Made by a program: the position numbers and the translations under genes. Positions 1-13,501 of a stretch of DNA of 64,000 bases are shown piece after piece. The stretch covers positions 126,544,001 to 126,608,000 of the forward strand of contig NC_058368.1 of assembly GCF_018350175.1 (NCBI RefSeq), read 5' to 3'. Below the pieces are notes generated by a model. That model saw only the letters and a list, made by a program, of their open reading frames with translations. It ran no database searches and was not told the DNA's origin. Positions within the stretch are counted from its first letter, which is position 1; each line of letters starts with the position of its first letter. This stretch comes from Felis catus. Its lineage: Eukaryota.

Positions 1-377
1 TAATTGTTATTTGTTGGATTCCCCCCTCATTTATTTATTCACTTCTTCTAGCCTTTACTATTCTAAGCAATCTCTAAGGATATTCCAAGGATATGTTAGT
101 ATTTAATTTTAATAAACATATTAGGTCCTTGGAGGTGGGTTCTTTGGGGGAGAACAAGGAGAAATTTTAAGAGTGCTTATTGTATTCTTGGCATTAGGCA
201 AGGTGTGTTGCATTGAGAAATCTATTTGGTGAATAGACTGGACTTGATAGAACCTATAATCCTTAATACGTGCTCTGTTTATGTCTGTGTGTGATATTTT
301 GTCAGCTTCCATGAATTTTCTGAATAGTTTTAGGTACTAGAGTAATATCACTTTCAGGTATTAGAAAGACTAACCTG

Positions 378-608
378 GGGGCGCCTGGGTGGCTCAGTCG
401 GTTAAGCCTCCGACTTCAGCTCAGGCCATGATCTCACACTCCATGAGTTCGAGCCCCTTGTCGGGCTCTCTGCTGACAGCTCAGAGCCTGGAGCCTGCTT
501 TAGATTCTGTGTCTCCTTCTCTCTCCGCCCCTCCCCTGCTCATGCTCTGTTTCTGTCTCAAAAATAAATAAAAACATTTTAAAAAATTAAAAAAAATAAT
601 AAAATAAA
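378..608 (+). mobile_element. Can-SINE (SINEC_Fc-type)
   Basis: GGGGCGCCTGGGTGGCTCAGTCGGTTAAG head, CT-rich region, A tail; TSD aaagactaacctg at 365-377 and 609-621. Confidence 0.95.
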
Positions 609-822
609 AAAGACTAACCTGATTAAAAAAAATGTTCATCTGATACCCAGTTCAGAGTTTCTCCCCTCATCAAGCCTGATCCAGTTTGGAAAATTGTACT
701 GAGAAAGTGAGTCTGTTCCTTTCTTCTCCCCCACAAACTAGTTACAAACATGTTATCTCCAGTCCTCTTGACAATGCCTTAAAGTTGGCCTGTCTATTCC
801 CACGTCATAGAAGCTGAAACTC

Positions 823-856
823 AAACAAAACAAAACAAAAACAAAACAAAATAAAA
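823..856. repeat. (CAAAA)n microsatellite
   Basis: Direct reading. Confidence 0.85.
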
Positions 857-3852
857 CCCAATGATTTCATAGAATTTGGTCCAAGGATGTCTGATTTTAA
901 AGTACATCATTCTCATTGCCCTGTGTTGCCTTTAAAATTTAGGTTTCCTACATGGCTAGGGTGTGGGGTTTGGGGGAGGGGGCTTTGGATTTGATTCTCT
1001 TACATTATGTTACCAAACGAAGAGGATCAAAATTTTCAGTTATGTTCAGTTACTTTTTGTTTATCTGAATCTCTTTGGCAAGGTTCAAGTGTGTCACAAC
1101 CTGATCATGTCTGATGCAACATAGAGGCATTTGGAATTAATGCAAAGCCAGGAGAGGGGGGTCATGGCTTCTGCCATAAAATGTAGGTAATTTCTCCAGC
1201 ATTGGCACAAGCACACCAGAAATAGATAATCAAAGAAATATATACTTTGTATAGAAATTACTTTATAGATGATGTAAATCAATGGATTATTAAAGGACAT
1301 TCTTGGATTAGAGGACAGGTCTAGTTGAAGAATACAGGCTAGTTGAAGAATAGATAATAGATTATTATTCATTTTGCAAAGATGCAGAACGTTGTCATTT
1401 TTCAGAATAAGTACTCAATAAACATTTAAGAGAATCTAAACAGGGAATTTAAAAATGATGTCTTGGGATAAGGATTGGGATTATTTCATGTGCTGTAATA
1501 CATAATATTTAGTAATACATACTATTTACTCATACTATTTATGAGTATTTATGCTCTATGTGAATCATTCCCATGTATATTACACATAGATTTAGACCTA
1601 AAGACATAATTTCGCTCATTTTTCAGAAAACAACTTTAGAACTTGAGTTGTTACTTTATCTTTTTAAAAGGTATATTAATGTATTTTTCAGTAGATCTGC
1701 TGAGTCCTGGGTTTTTAATTGAAAGCTTGTTAAATAATGTTAAATATAAATCACCATTGTCTAATGGATGCTACTTGAAAGTTTTTTCTTTCTCCTCTGC
1801 AAGAGAAAAGCAGTGGGAAATCGTGCCTAATGCCAAGAAATCATGTTTTCTGCTCAGTCCTTGTGAAAAATACGTGGGTGACAGTCAAAAGATCTGCCAA
1901 ACTACAAATGGAGATGATGCAGGAGGCTGTATGGCCAATACCATATAGTAACACAATATTTAACACTACAACCTATTTTCCAATAGCATGAAGTTCAGTA
2001 TACATGGTAAGGTGTTTTACGTTTACTAATGCAGTGTTATTTTTAATGGGTAGTGATCTTTTCTATAGGTTTCAGTATGTTAGAAGATAGAAAAGTGCAT
2101 TGAAGACTTAAGACACCAAAGAAAGTAAAGATATAAGGCAAAAAGACCTATTTTGTTGGTCTTTAGAAATTTGAATTCTCTTGGAAACTTCGGGAAGTTT
2201 TGAGATGAAACATCTTCATAAAAAAGTAAACCTTTACAAATCCGAAGTTTAACTCCCTTCTGAATCATAGGGTAAATGAGCAAAGTACCATGGCTTTATG
2301 AAGCTTCATTTGTTTTCCTGGGGCTTGAGCAGAGGATTCCTCTGAGTGCATTCCTCAGACCAAGTGGTGAATCCAGTACCTTCAGGATCATGTCGAGGTT
2401 TCTGAGTTGAGCCTGAAGACCCTGTCACCACTGCTCATGCATGTTCTCATTTGGAGTAGCTTCTCATGCTCACTCCTACCAAGGTTGGCTTCAACCACAA
2501 ACCTATCTCAGGCTCAGTAAGCACCTTTCTACAAGACCTGGCCATGAAAATGCCTTATGTCCACCCCATATCTCGTTAATTTAGGCTCTTTGAGACTAAA
2601 TTTCAGATGAGATTAAGTATCTCCTAAAAGAGAGGAACATTTTTTTTCCCCTCCAAGGTTTTCTTCGTCTCTGTCAATATCTCCTTGGCTATACCCTTAC
2701 ATAACCCCCATCTCTGTAATAATAATACTTTTCATGAATCACTTAAAGATTCCATTATAAAGACACATTTTAAATTTTCTGTGTGTCGTAATTTTTCTGT
2801 CTCTTTCTCCCATCTGCTATTTAAATCTTCTTCTCAGCAGAAAACCTTGCCATTGCTTCATTTCCACACGTGGCAGGCATTCAAGCTTAGCAAATTGGAG
2901 TCACAGTTTCACTGAAATGAGAAGGAAATGTGCTTCCCAACACCCCGTCACCATCTCCCACCAGAGGCCATTTGTCTTTTCTGCTTTTTTTTTTTTTTTT
3001 TTTGCCTTTTAAGCAAATGGCTCCAAAGAAAAAATCAGAACCCAAATCAGTAGCACCACTAACTATTGTTATACAAATTATTGGATTTGATTATTTAAAG
3101 TTTAGGATTCCTATTGAGATTATTTCTCATGGATAATCTGAGATGAATCTATCTTCTAAGCTTTTAGCGATCCTTTCCTAGCCATCTGGTTTCCTCCTTT
3201 GGTGACCCCTCTGCTGACATCAGCCTTGTCCTCTGGGCTGTTATCTTGTGCTGAGTTCCTTTCCATTCAGTTCAAACACAGCTCTTGTAGCAGATCCCCA
3301 CCTGGCCCAAGGAATTGCCCCTGTGTCCTCACTACTTTCCTGACACAGCTTGGCTCTTTGCTCTGTCAGGCACCTTGCTCCGATTAGCCTTTTGCTTTGA
3401 GGACATTTCAAAGAACGTGTCCCTGTGTTCCCCAAACCCCAGGAGACCTAAGTTGTTCTTTCTGAGGTGTTCTCTGACACCTCCCTAACTCCATTTCTGT
3501 GAAGGACCAAGGAAATTCTGTAACATTCTGACAACCTTCTTTCTATCGCTAAGGAACCCATTTCCACACTGGGTTCTCAGCCCTTGCTTGTATAGACTGT
3601 TAGCAGGGGATGGGCTATTCCTGCAGTGGTTTTGATCACCCCTTTTCCAGACCCTGCGTTGATGACGTAGAACCTGATGAGTATGTGAGGACACATGTTA
3701 TCTCCTTTTCTCAGCTTTGGGCATTCAAATGAAATTCCCAAACAGGAAGTTTTTTGTTTTATTTTCCTTATACATTTGTATACATTTGTATAACATATAC
3801 ATTAAAAAATTTTTATGTACTTAAAACTTAATGATTGTTATGGCTTCTAGAA

Positions 3853-5319
3853 TTTTTTAATTAAGTTTTTAATTTTAATTCCAGTATAGTTAATATACAG
3901 TGTTATATTAGTTGCAGGTTTACCTTACAGTGACTCTTCCATATATCACCGAGGCTTCTCATGACAAGTGCACTCCTTAATCCCCATCACCTATTGCTCC
4001 ACCCCTCACCCCCCTCCTCTCTAGTAACCATCAGTTTGTTCTATATAGTTAAGAGGCTGTTTCTTGATCTTTCTCTCTTTTTTCTTTTGCTCGTGTGATT
4101 TTTTTCTTAAATTCCACACATGGGTAAAATCATATGGCATTTGTCTTTCTCTGACTTTTCTGCTTAGCATAATACTCTCTAGTTCTATCCATGTCATTGC
4201 CAATGACAATATTTCATTCTTTTTATAGCTGAGTAATATTCCATTGTGTGTGTGTATATGTGTGTGTGCGTGTGTGTGTGTATACACACACACACGCACA
4301 CACGTATAATATGTATATATATAGCACATCTTTTTTCATTCATCTAGATGGACATTTAGGCTGCTTCCATAATTTGGCCAGTGTAAATAACACTGCTATA
4401 AACAGAGGTGCATATATCCCTTTGAATTAGTGTTTTTGTACTTTGGGGGTGAATTCCCAGTAGTGTGATAACTGAATTGTAGGGTAGTTCTATTTTTAAC
4501 TTTTTGGGGAACCTCCATATTGTTTTCCACAGTGGCTATAACAGGTTGCATTCCTAATAAAAGTGCATGAGAGTACTTTTTTCTCCACATCCTCACCAAC
4601 ATTTGTTGTTTCTTGTGTTTTTGATCAGCCATTCTGATCTTTCTGAAATGATATCTCATTGTAGTTTTGATTTGCATTTCCCTGATGATGAGTGATGTCG
4701 AGCATCTTTTCATGTGTCTGCTAGCCATCTGTATGCCTTCTTCGGAGAAATGTCTATTTATGCCTTATGCCCATTTTTAATTGGATTATTTGTTTTTTGG
4801 GTGTTGAGTTGTAACAGTTCTTTATATATTTTGGATACTAACCCTTAATCAGATGCTGTATTTCGTTTGCAAATATATTCTTCCATTCAGTAGGCTGCCT
4901 TTTAGTTTTGTTAATGGTTTCGTTCTCTGTGCAGTAGTTTTTATTTTGATGTAGTCCCAATAGTTTATTTTTGCTTTCGTTACCCTTGCCTCTGGAGACA
5001 TATCTAGAAAAATGTTGCTATGGCTGATGTCAGAGAAATTCCTTGTGCTTTCTTCCAGGATTTTTATGGTTTCAGGTCTGCCATTCAGGTCCTTAATCCA
5101 TTTTGAGTTTATTTCTGTATATAATCTAAGAAACTGGTCCAGTTTCATTCTTTTGCATGTAGCTGTCCAGTTTTCTGAACATCATTTATTGAAGAGACTG
5201 TCTTTTTCCCATTGCATATTCTTTTATCCTTTGTTGAACATTAATTGATCACATAATTGTGGGTTTATTTCTGGGTTTTCTTTTCTATTCCATTGATCTG
5301 CATGTCTATTTTAGTGCCA
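3853..5319 (-). mobile_element. 5'-truncated carnivore L1 (ORF2 C-terminus + 3' UTR) with internal (TG)/(CA) repeat
   Basis: Minus-strand ORFs give L1 ORF2 motifs ([43 protein letters not shown]); degenerate TSD tatggcttc(t/a)aga at 3839 and 5320. Confidence 0.93.
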
Positions 5320-5367
5320 TATGGCTTCAAGATTTTATGTTTGCTTAGAATGGCTTTTCTCACTCTC

Positions 5368-5874
5368 TCTTAGATTACTAGGGCTGCCATAACAAATTCC
5401 CACAAACTGGAAACAAACTGGCTTGAACAAAAGGCATTTATTGTCTCACAGCTCTGGAAGCTAGAAGTTGAAAATCAAGAATCGTCTGAATTCTACTTCT
5501 GAAACCAATATTGCACTATCTGCTGGCTAACTAAAATTTAAATTAAAAAAGAATCATACTCTCTCTGAAGGCTCCAGGGAAGGATCACTTCCAGGCTTCT
5601 CTTCCAGCTTCTGGCAGTTTCTTGGCTTATGACAGCATAATTCTAATCTTCACATGGCATTCTCCCTGTGTGTATTTTGTGTCCAAATTTTCCCTCCTTA
5701 AAAGGATGCCAGTCATACTGGTTTAGGAACCGATCCTATTCTGGTATGACCTAAGCCTAGCTTAACTAATTATATTTGTGATGACCCTATTTCCAAAAAA
5801 AGGTCACATTCTGAGGTACTGGGTGTTAGAACTGCAAACACAGGAATTTGGAGGAGGCACAGGTCAACTCATAA
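5368..5874. mobile_element. MLT1-type MaLR solo LTR
   Basis: ctagggctgccataacaaa...ttattgtctcacagctctggaagctagaag...ccctatttccaaa..aggtcacattctgaggtactggg are MLT1 hallmarks. Confidence 0.85.
5485..5550 (+). mobile_element. Very short L1 3' end nested in the MLT1 LTR
   Basis: gaattctacttctgaaaccaatattgcactat..ctaactaaaatttaaattaaaaaa resembles a carnivore L1 terminus; flanked by aagaatc (5478, 5549). Confidence 0.65.
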
Positions 5875-6471
5875 TATGCTCCAGTATTTATTAAAACTGT
5901 CCTTTCTTAGAAAACTTTCAGATGACCAGGAAGACAAATTGATAGTTTTTGTTATACTGGTTTGTTTTTTCCTCATCTGTGGTCTTTCTGAAACTTATTT
6001 TGATACAAAGAGTAAGGTAGGGGTAAAGACATACCTTGATATTTTACCAAAGAGTCGGTTAATGCTTATAGTATATTATCCTCTCCAGAACCTAGCAAAG
6101 GACTTGAATCATAACCAGGCATTCAATAAATGTATTTTAGATAGAATCCAATCACTTACCAGTGAACTGAATTGTTATCTTTCTAACTAGATGCTAGCTT
6201 ATATAAATATTTGAACTGACAAGGGGCTATCTAAAAATTGCCCCTCAGTTTGTAAAGAAATCCTAGAGAAAAAACAAAGTCCAAAGCTGTAGTAATCTAT
6301 AGGATATTGGGTTAAAGAAATACTAACATTTTCTGTTTATTGAAAGAAATTAAGTTCCTGTGATATATCTTCTTCACTAGCCTAGAGATCAGGGTAATGA
6401 ACTGGAATCAAAGACTGATTAATAAGACTGATATCTTCTACTCTTACTGGGAAATTGTAGCTATTTATTTG

Positions 6472-6475
6472 GTGT

Positions 6476-6516
<41 letters not shown>

Positions 6517-6527
6517 TGTATGTGTGT
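6472..6527. repeat. (TG)n microsatellite
   Basis: Direct reading. Confidence 0.95.
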
Positions 6528-6983
6528 ATTCATTGTATGTATGTTAGGGGGTGGGCAGTAAAGGAGGAAGCCTAAAGGCAGCCATGTAAACTCTTAAAAA
6601 TATTTATAAGCAACATTTTAGAGCAATGAGAAAAATCATTGTTGATCCATTCTAAATTTTAAAGCTTAGAGAATCCTAATTCACAGTGCTAAATTCACAA
6701 ATATTTTTTTCATATTATAGAAACTATTGAAAACTAATTTTCGATGGCTGGTAATGAAATTTATGTGGGTCATATTTGATATTTGGTAAGCAAAAGATAT
6801 ATTTGGAATGTACTACAAATAGGTGCAGTTCATACAGGATCATGTGTATTGATGCTCAAAGTGATTATAGTTACTAATTTGTCTTTTAAAGGGAGTACAT
6901 AGAAAAAACAATAATAAGTAAATAAAGATTGTACATGGAGTGAACTAGGCAATTGATTAGCTCCTTTAAATGAAGCTGCTTCT

Positions 6984-7465
6984 GCTCTCAACAATAGCCA
7001 AATTATGGAAAGAGCCTAAATGTCCATCAACTGATGAATGGATAAAGAAATTGTGATTTATATACACAATGGAGTACGACGTGGCAATGAGAAAGAATGA
7101 AATATGGCCCTTTGAGGCAACGTGGATGGAAGTGGATAGTGTTATGCTAAGTGAAATACGCCATACAGAGAAAGACAGACACCATATTGTTTCACTCTTA
7201 TGTGGATCCTGAGAAACTTAACAGAAACCCATGGGGGAGGGGAAGGAAAAAAAAAAAAAGAAAAGAGGTTAGAGTGGGAGAGAGCCAAAGCATAAGAGAC
7301 TCTTAAAAACTGAGAACAAACTGAGGGTTGATGGGGGGTGGGAGGGAGGGGAAGGTGGGTGATGGGTAGTGAGGAGGGCATCTTTTGGGATGAGCAATGG
7401 GTGTTGTATGGAAACCAATTTGACAATAAATTTCATATATTGAAAAAAATAAAAATAAAAAAAAT
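6984..7465 (+). mobile_element. Young feline L1 (L1_Fc-like) 3' end
   Basis: aaatgtccatcaactgatgaatggataaagaa...ggaaaccaatttgacaataaatttcatatattg + A tail; perfect TSD aaatgaagctgcttct at 6968-6983 and 7466-7481. Confidence 0.93.
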
Positions 7466-7482
7466 AAATGAAGCTGCTTCTT

Positions 7483-7698
7483 GGGGCTCCTGCGTGGCTC
7501 GGTCGGTTGGGCGTCCGACTTCGGCTCAGGTCATGATCTCACAGTTGGTGGGTTCGAGCCCCACATCAGGCTCTGTGCTGACAGCTCAGAGCCTGGAGCC
7601 TCCTTTGGATTCTGTGTGTGTCTCTCTCTCTGCCCCTGTCCCACTTAGGCTCTGTTTCTGTCTCCAAAATAAATTAATATAAAAAAAATTAATAAAAA
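7483..7698 (+). mobile_element. Can-SINE (SINEC_Fc-type)
   Basis: SINE head and A tail; 3' TSD copy taaatgaagatgcctc at ~7699-7714. Confidence 0.93.
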
Positions 7699-7795
7699 TA
7701 AATGAAGATGCCTCATTGTGCAGGTGACAAGATAAGTCACTGACTCTGGGAAAGTGGTTAGGAAAAAGTATGTCAAGACTCCTCTCTCAGCAAAA

Positions 7796-7796
<1 letters not shown>

Positions 7797-7845
<49 letters not shown>

Positions 7846-7850
7846 TTGGC

Positions 7851-7883
<33 letters not shown>

Positions 7884-7884
7884 T
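7797..7884. repeat. Interrupted (TA)n microsatellite
   Basis: Two (TA)n blocks, each ending gtatatatttggct. Confidence 0.95.
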
Positions 7885-8263
7885 TGGCTTTTTTTTGTAT
7901 TTTAACATAATCTACCCTGTGTGTTTCGGAGAAGAACATCAATGTGTTAACTTTTGAAACAAATACTTGTTATATTACTAGCAAATATTTTTTTCTAAGA
8001 GGTTTATTGTAAGCTGTATAAAAATCTAAATGTAACCATTCTCTGTTTTAACAATAACCTCGCTGAAAGTCACTCCAATTTCGATATAATCATGACTTTA
8101 AAAAAAAGCTTAGAAAAACATGAATAATGCTGAGCTCCTTTATTATTGACTCAAAAGGGTCATTCTGATTAAAAAAAAAATATTTTGCTGTCTTTGTTCA
8201 ATGTGGGTATAAATAGAAAAACACTATATAACCAGGGCAAGGCTATTCTGTGTCCAAACCCAA

Positions 8264-8473
8264 TTTAAAAAAAATTATGTTTTATTCATTTTTGAGACAG
8301 ACAGAGTGTGAGTAGGGGAGGGGCAGAGAGAGAAGGAAACACAGAATCTGAGGCAGGCTCCAGGCTCCAAGCTTTCAGCACAGAGCCTGATGTGGGGCTT
8401 AAACCCACGAACTGTGAGATCATGAACTGAGCCGAAGTCAGAAGCTTAACAGACTGAGCCACTCAGGAACCCC
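8264..8473 (-). mobile_element. Can-SINE
   Basis: Reverse SINE body; TSD caaacccaa at 8255 and 8474. Confidence 0.92.
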
Positions 8474-9735
8474 CAAACCCAACTTTTCTTTTCTACTTGA
8501 GGAGCATTATCATTTTACCTTCTGGATTCTATGTGCTTCCTGACCTGATGGACTCCTAGATAGTGTGCGGTAGCCCCTGTCGTCCTCTCCCCACCCCTCA
8601 CTATCCTTGCCAGAGCAAGGAGACCTGGTGTCAGGTTTTGTAAGCAAGGAAGAACTCTGAGGAGTGAATAAAGGAGAATACTCAGTGTGGGATGAGTAGT
8701 ATGACTACAGGGACCTGGGGGGTGCTTGAATGCCGAGGTCTAGGATTTGGGCCTGCTCTCTATGTGGCTTTCATTACATTCATTGATTGCTTTGAGTCTC
8801 ATCAGCACACTGAACTAGATACTTTCTGTAGCCCTTTCATCTCTCTTTAGCCTTAACAGTATTTCCCTTGAAAGGGAAAGCTTTGTCCTGATTGAGGACA
8901 TAATCTTTGGTGCACTTAAGCCTTAGTAATTATGAAGCAGACAACTCTGCTACATATTAAGCCTGTGTTCTCATCTACAACACCTTAGTTCTCCTATTGA
9001 GGCCTTTCACCTGATGGTTTTTCAATGTGGAACAGCACATTCTGTGCCTTGATAGTTTCAGAGCCTTTTGTTTCTCTGATCAAAGACAGTTTTTCCCCTT
9101 CACATATTGTTGGTGAGTGTCTCCCTGAAAAGAATGCCTTCACATGGTCTTCACTGTGTTCGAACATTTTAACCTCAAATTAAGCTATTTAATGCTGCTT
9201 CTTGGCTCAAAACCAGAGTCAGAACCGGAGATTACAAATGTGAATTAGTCAGCAAACTCATGCAGTCTTTTCTTTGCAAGTGAAACAAGAGGCAATGTTT
9301 CCTTCTGGGTCCATGAATGGCAAACATATCCTTTAGGAAACAGAATGTTTGATTTTCGGCAAGAAATGTGTGCTGAGCTCAGTCTTTTAGAGGTTCAGTT
9401 TGTCAGCAGATTTCTGTGTAATTCAAAATTTTGCTTATTTCTTTCAGAATCTAAAATTCCTCTGAATATTTTAAATACTGATAGCCACAGATAGCTACAG
9501 CCTCGTAATTGAAATAAACAGGAAAATTAGCTTTATTTACAAGTGGTAGAGAGGGAAATGTGGCACTAATTTATAGAAAATAAAAGAAATAAAGAGTGGG
9601 AAGGATTATATAATTTGTGAATGAGAAGTGTAAAAATTTCCCATACAGAGACAATGCAATACCCTTAAACAGTACCAGCAATTTAGCTCCTTGTAAAGTG
9701 AGCCACTGAACCTTCCTTTGAGATCGTAGAACCTA

Positions 9736-9756
9736 AAACAAAACAAAAACAAAAAC

Positions 9757-9798
<42 letters not shown>
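9736..9798. repeat. (A-rich)C repeats followed by (CA)n
   Basis: Direct reading. Confidence 0.93.
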
Positions 9799-9799
<1 letters not shown>

Positions 9800-9891
9800 C
9801 AAGTAATTTTGCCAAGCTATTGAACCAAGAAGAAAAACTTACAGTGTCCAGAAACCAGATCAAGAATGGTTGATAAAGAACATACTTTTTT

Positions 9892-10110
9892 GGGGCGCCT
9901 GGGTGGCTCAGTCAGTTTAGTGTCTGACTTCGGCTCAAGTCATGATTTTGCTGTTTGTGAGTTCGAGCCCTGCATAGGGCTCTGTGCTGACAGCCGGGAG
10001 CCTGGAGCCTGCTTTGAATTCTGTCTCCCTCTCTCTCTCTGCCCCTCCCCCACTCATGCTCTGTTCTGTCTCTCAAAAATGATTATACATTAAAAAACTG
10101 TTTAAAAAAA
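9892..10110 (+). mobile_element. Can-SINE
   Basis: SINE head; TSD aaca(t/c)actttttt on both sides. Confidence 0.93.
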
Positions 10111-10979
10111 TAACACACTTTTTTGAATGCAGCATTATTAAATGGTGAAAAGAGAATGAGCTGGATGCTTGTATGTTGTATACACATGTGCACACGCACA
10201 CACACATACACACACACCACACACTGCCAAACAATTAGGAAGAAAATAGTAGAGTTATGCTCTGCATTTGTTTCCCCTTGCTGCTGTAACAAATAAACCC
10301 ATGCTTTTCCTTGCTTCAGGAGGTGATGATTCTTCTAACATGCTTTCCTCTCATTTTCATGACCTCCCTATTGCCATTGACTTCATCTTCCATTTCAGGT
10401 CATTTGACTACTCGTATGGTACATCCTGGGTATCTCTTTTGAAAAGTTGAAATCAGACCTCCCCCCTTTGAGTAAAACCACTTATTTGTCCAGTTTTCTC
10501 ACACAGGGGCCTTACTACACACACAATGAAGTTGAGGTTGTAAAATAATTTGTCAAACAGTATAGAATACAGAAGAGTATAGGAAGGAGACTGCTGGTTA
10601 ATCAGAGAAGCTCAAATACAGATATTTCTTTCCTCTGCCCTCTAAACCTCCAATAAAATGGGGGACAAATGGAACAGGAAAGGCAGTGAACATGTTACAC
10701 AGTTCTGGAACAGGGAGGGCCCCTGGCAGCAGGGTAACCGACTTCCGGGGCAGGAGCTGTGTCTCAGGTGCAAAACGAGAGTAAATTCCTTCTGCGGAAA
10801 CTTGTAAAATCTCAGAACTTGGAAATATCAGGTAACGCAAAAAGTGGAAACGAAGGACATATGTGATAGATTATCTGTTGTGTTTCACCAAATGACAATA
10901 GTATTAAGAAGCTGATGGCATGATCATGACCATAGTCATGATTCATGCAGGTAAGATGTGAAGAAATTATTAACTTCAA

Positions 10980-11350
10980 GAAAACCTAAAAGATGAACAA
11001 TAAGATACTACCTCTCTTGACTGTGAAAGATAGTTACATAGTTACAGTAATATAAAGCAGATCATTTGATTAAATGAAAACTTGTGCTCTTTTGCTGCAA
11101 TTTCATTGAGAGTTTGGAGGGAAGGGAAATTAGGGTTCAAGCCTCCTCTCTTAAAATAGGAAGCCAGTAGATAATGTCTACAGTTGACCAACTAGAAATA
11201 GCAAGGAAAACATATTATTGGGAAATATGGGTGTTAAGATTGAAGTTATATGGAGTATTGAGGCCTTAAACTGTTGTTTTTCATAATCAGTTTTTAAAAT
11301 AAGGTATATATGTGACTATGATAAAAATTAACATTTATTAAGATGAAAAA
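10980..11350 (+). mobile_element. Ancient L1 (L1MC4-like) 3' UTR fragment
   Basis: ggaagccagtagataatgtctacagttga...agaaatagcaaggaaaacatattatt resembles the L1MC 3' end; boundaries approximate. Confidence 0.5.
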
Positions 11351-13501
11351 CAGAAGTCTCACAGAGAAAGGTAGAGAAAGGTAGGAGGTTGGGTTAGATA
11401 CGTAAAGTAAAGCCACTTACGGTTTATTTGCTGACATAGATGAAAGCACAGACGTGCCATTTGAGATCGCTTGTAGCAATTATTAACACTGCCCACCAAA
11501 GGCTACCCTTCAGTAAGAGCTAGCTGAAGAAATTTATTTTGATTATATGCTGTCTCATGCATTAGGCCCACTATGTAACTGAGCCAACAGTTAGCAATAA
11601 AAGCCATGCCAAAGAACTAAAGCGAGTGGGCCGACCTCATTACTAGGGAGCAATTGAGTGCCTGTCCCTAGGAGCAGAAAACTCTCAAGGCGCCCACTGC
11701 AGCGAGAGACAGGTGAGTGCGATGAGGAGAGCCAGAGGCTGGACTTCCTTTCTCATTCAGGGAATTGGTTCAACTCTGTGTAGCCCCACATCGATGAATT
11801 CCATAGGGGCAGGGATGTAGTTAATGTATCCTCTGGACTTAATTAGGTGCTTGGCAGGTTGTAGATTATCAATGAATGCTGCTTGACCTGAAGTAAATGC
11901 TGTGTTTTGTTGGTTTTTTTATTCCCAGTTTTCTTTCCCCCCTCGAAAGCTGGATGTGACCCAGAATCATTTTTGCTTAAGGACTTAACCCTAACGGATT
12001 TTCATTAGGATTTTTATCTAGCCATGAAAGCTATAGAGGAAACTGAGCCAATTATATGTACAATTTAAGTGGAAAAAAAAATGTTGGTGCCCAAATCCTC
12101 TAATTTAGCTATCTATGTTATGTAAATCACGTACGTAATTGTGTACATGTTGTGAGAGACAAACATTCAGACAATATTGTTGCCCCTAAATGTCTTCCTT
12201 TTTAGATCCAATTAACAGAAATATCAACAATTCTCTCACAACCAATGGGTTCTGTAATTATTTGTGTCCCTCTTTGTCATGCTTCTTTCTGATTCTCATT
12301 CTGTCTCTCCCACTGTCTCTCCAGTATACACGCATGCATGCACAAATACAAATTTAATGCTTAGGACCAGATCTTCTATTCAAATGGAGAGGACAGGGAA
12401 GACTCTTATCAGTACTTTTCATTTTGAAATAAATTTATAAGTAATGGGTCACCTTTTGACCCATGCAGTTGTCTAGCCCAGTGACCACTAAAATATTCAA
12501 CTGACAGAGAATAGAAGCCTTGACCTATTTAGCAAGATCTCTCCAACAGCACTACCAATTTTGGCATAGCTCTTAAAATAAAGTTAAGAAAAAAAGAAAA
12601 AAAAAACTTCTGGTTTTAAATCTCTAGGGGATATCAACCATTGACCTACAGCTCCACAGGATTTTTTTTCCATTGCTAACAACCTCAACCACCTAGCTCT
12701 CCAGTGAATAATAATGACACTGTAGTCATCTGTGTTTTCTCTAGTGGTTTATTTGGAACAAGATCATTCTGTCACCTTCATGAGTTGAAGCCCTTGTAGA
12801 AATGATTGCAGTTCATTTTGTCCACCCACTAAATACTGAAATAACCTGCTGTCTTTGCAAAATGTGCATTCACTCCCCAAATCATATTTTATGCCAAGTT
12901 TTAGAGGAGACGGAAGCATGCCAGAATTCATTTAAAATCAAGTTCTCTTTTCTATTTCTAGTGCTAGTGCCTGGTAGACAGCTGGAGTTTCGTTTAAGTT
13001 GATTTCTTCCTTGACACTGTTTCTTTTCATATATGAATTAGCTAGAATCGTGCTTGAAGTGGAGTTAACTAATTCTGAACTAAAATGACAACAACAACAA
13101 AAATTAATTGTAAGTAAATAAAACCCTGTAAACATTGCAGTAATAATATGCTTGGTGTGACAGTAAACATGTTTTCCTACAGTACCTAATAAAACCTGGT
13201 CTAAAATTTTAAAAAAAGTTAGAAACAAATAAATCCTTATCTATATGAATGTGGCGTAAATTGAGGTAGAAGACGAAAAATAAGAAGGCCCAAGTCAGCC
13301 AGAGAGCTTCAGATTATATTTAACATAAAGAGACGAATGCAAATGTTAGTGTAGCTCCTGTTGTGTATAAATTTAAAATATGCTTGAGAAAAAAGTGTTG
13401 CTGGGCATTTAGATGTACAGGTATCCTTTGTAGTCACTAATGTATTATTTGGCATAATTTAGTTTATCAAGTCTTAGACTTTGATCACTGAAGACATTTC
13501 T

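Noticed and set aside
378..460. tRNA genes
   Set aside because: The A/B-box tRNA-like heads belong to SINEs and continue into SINE bodies.
389..571. Recurrent short ORFs such as MAQSVK.PTSAQ.MIS (also at 22576, 28776, 35471, 63261)
   Set aside because: These are translations of Can-SINE sequence, not a gene family.
4396..5148. L1 ORF2-like ORFs as a functional gene
   Set aside because: They are fragmented, frameshifted remnants of a 5'-truncated L1.
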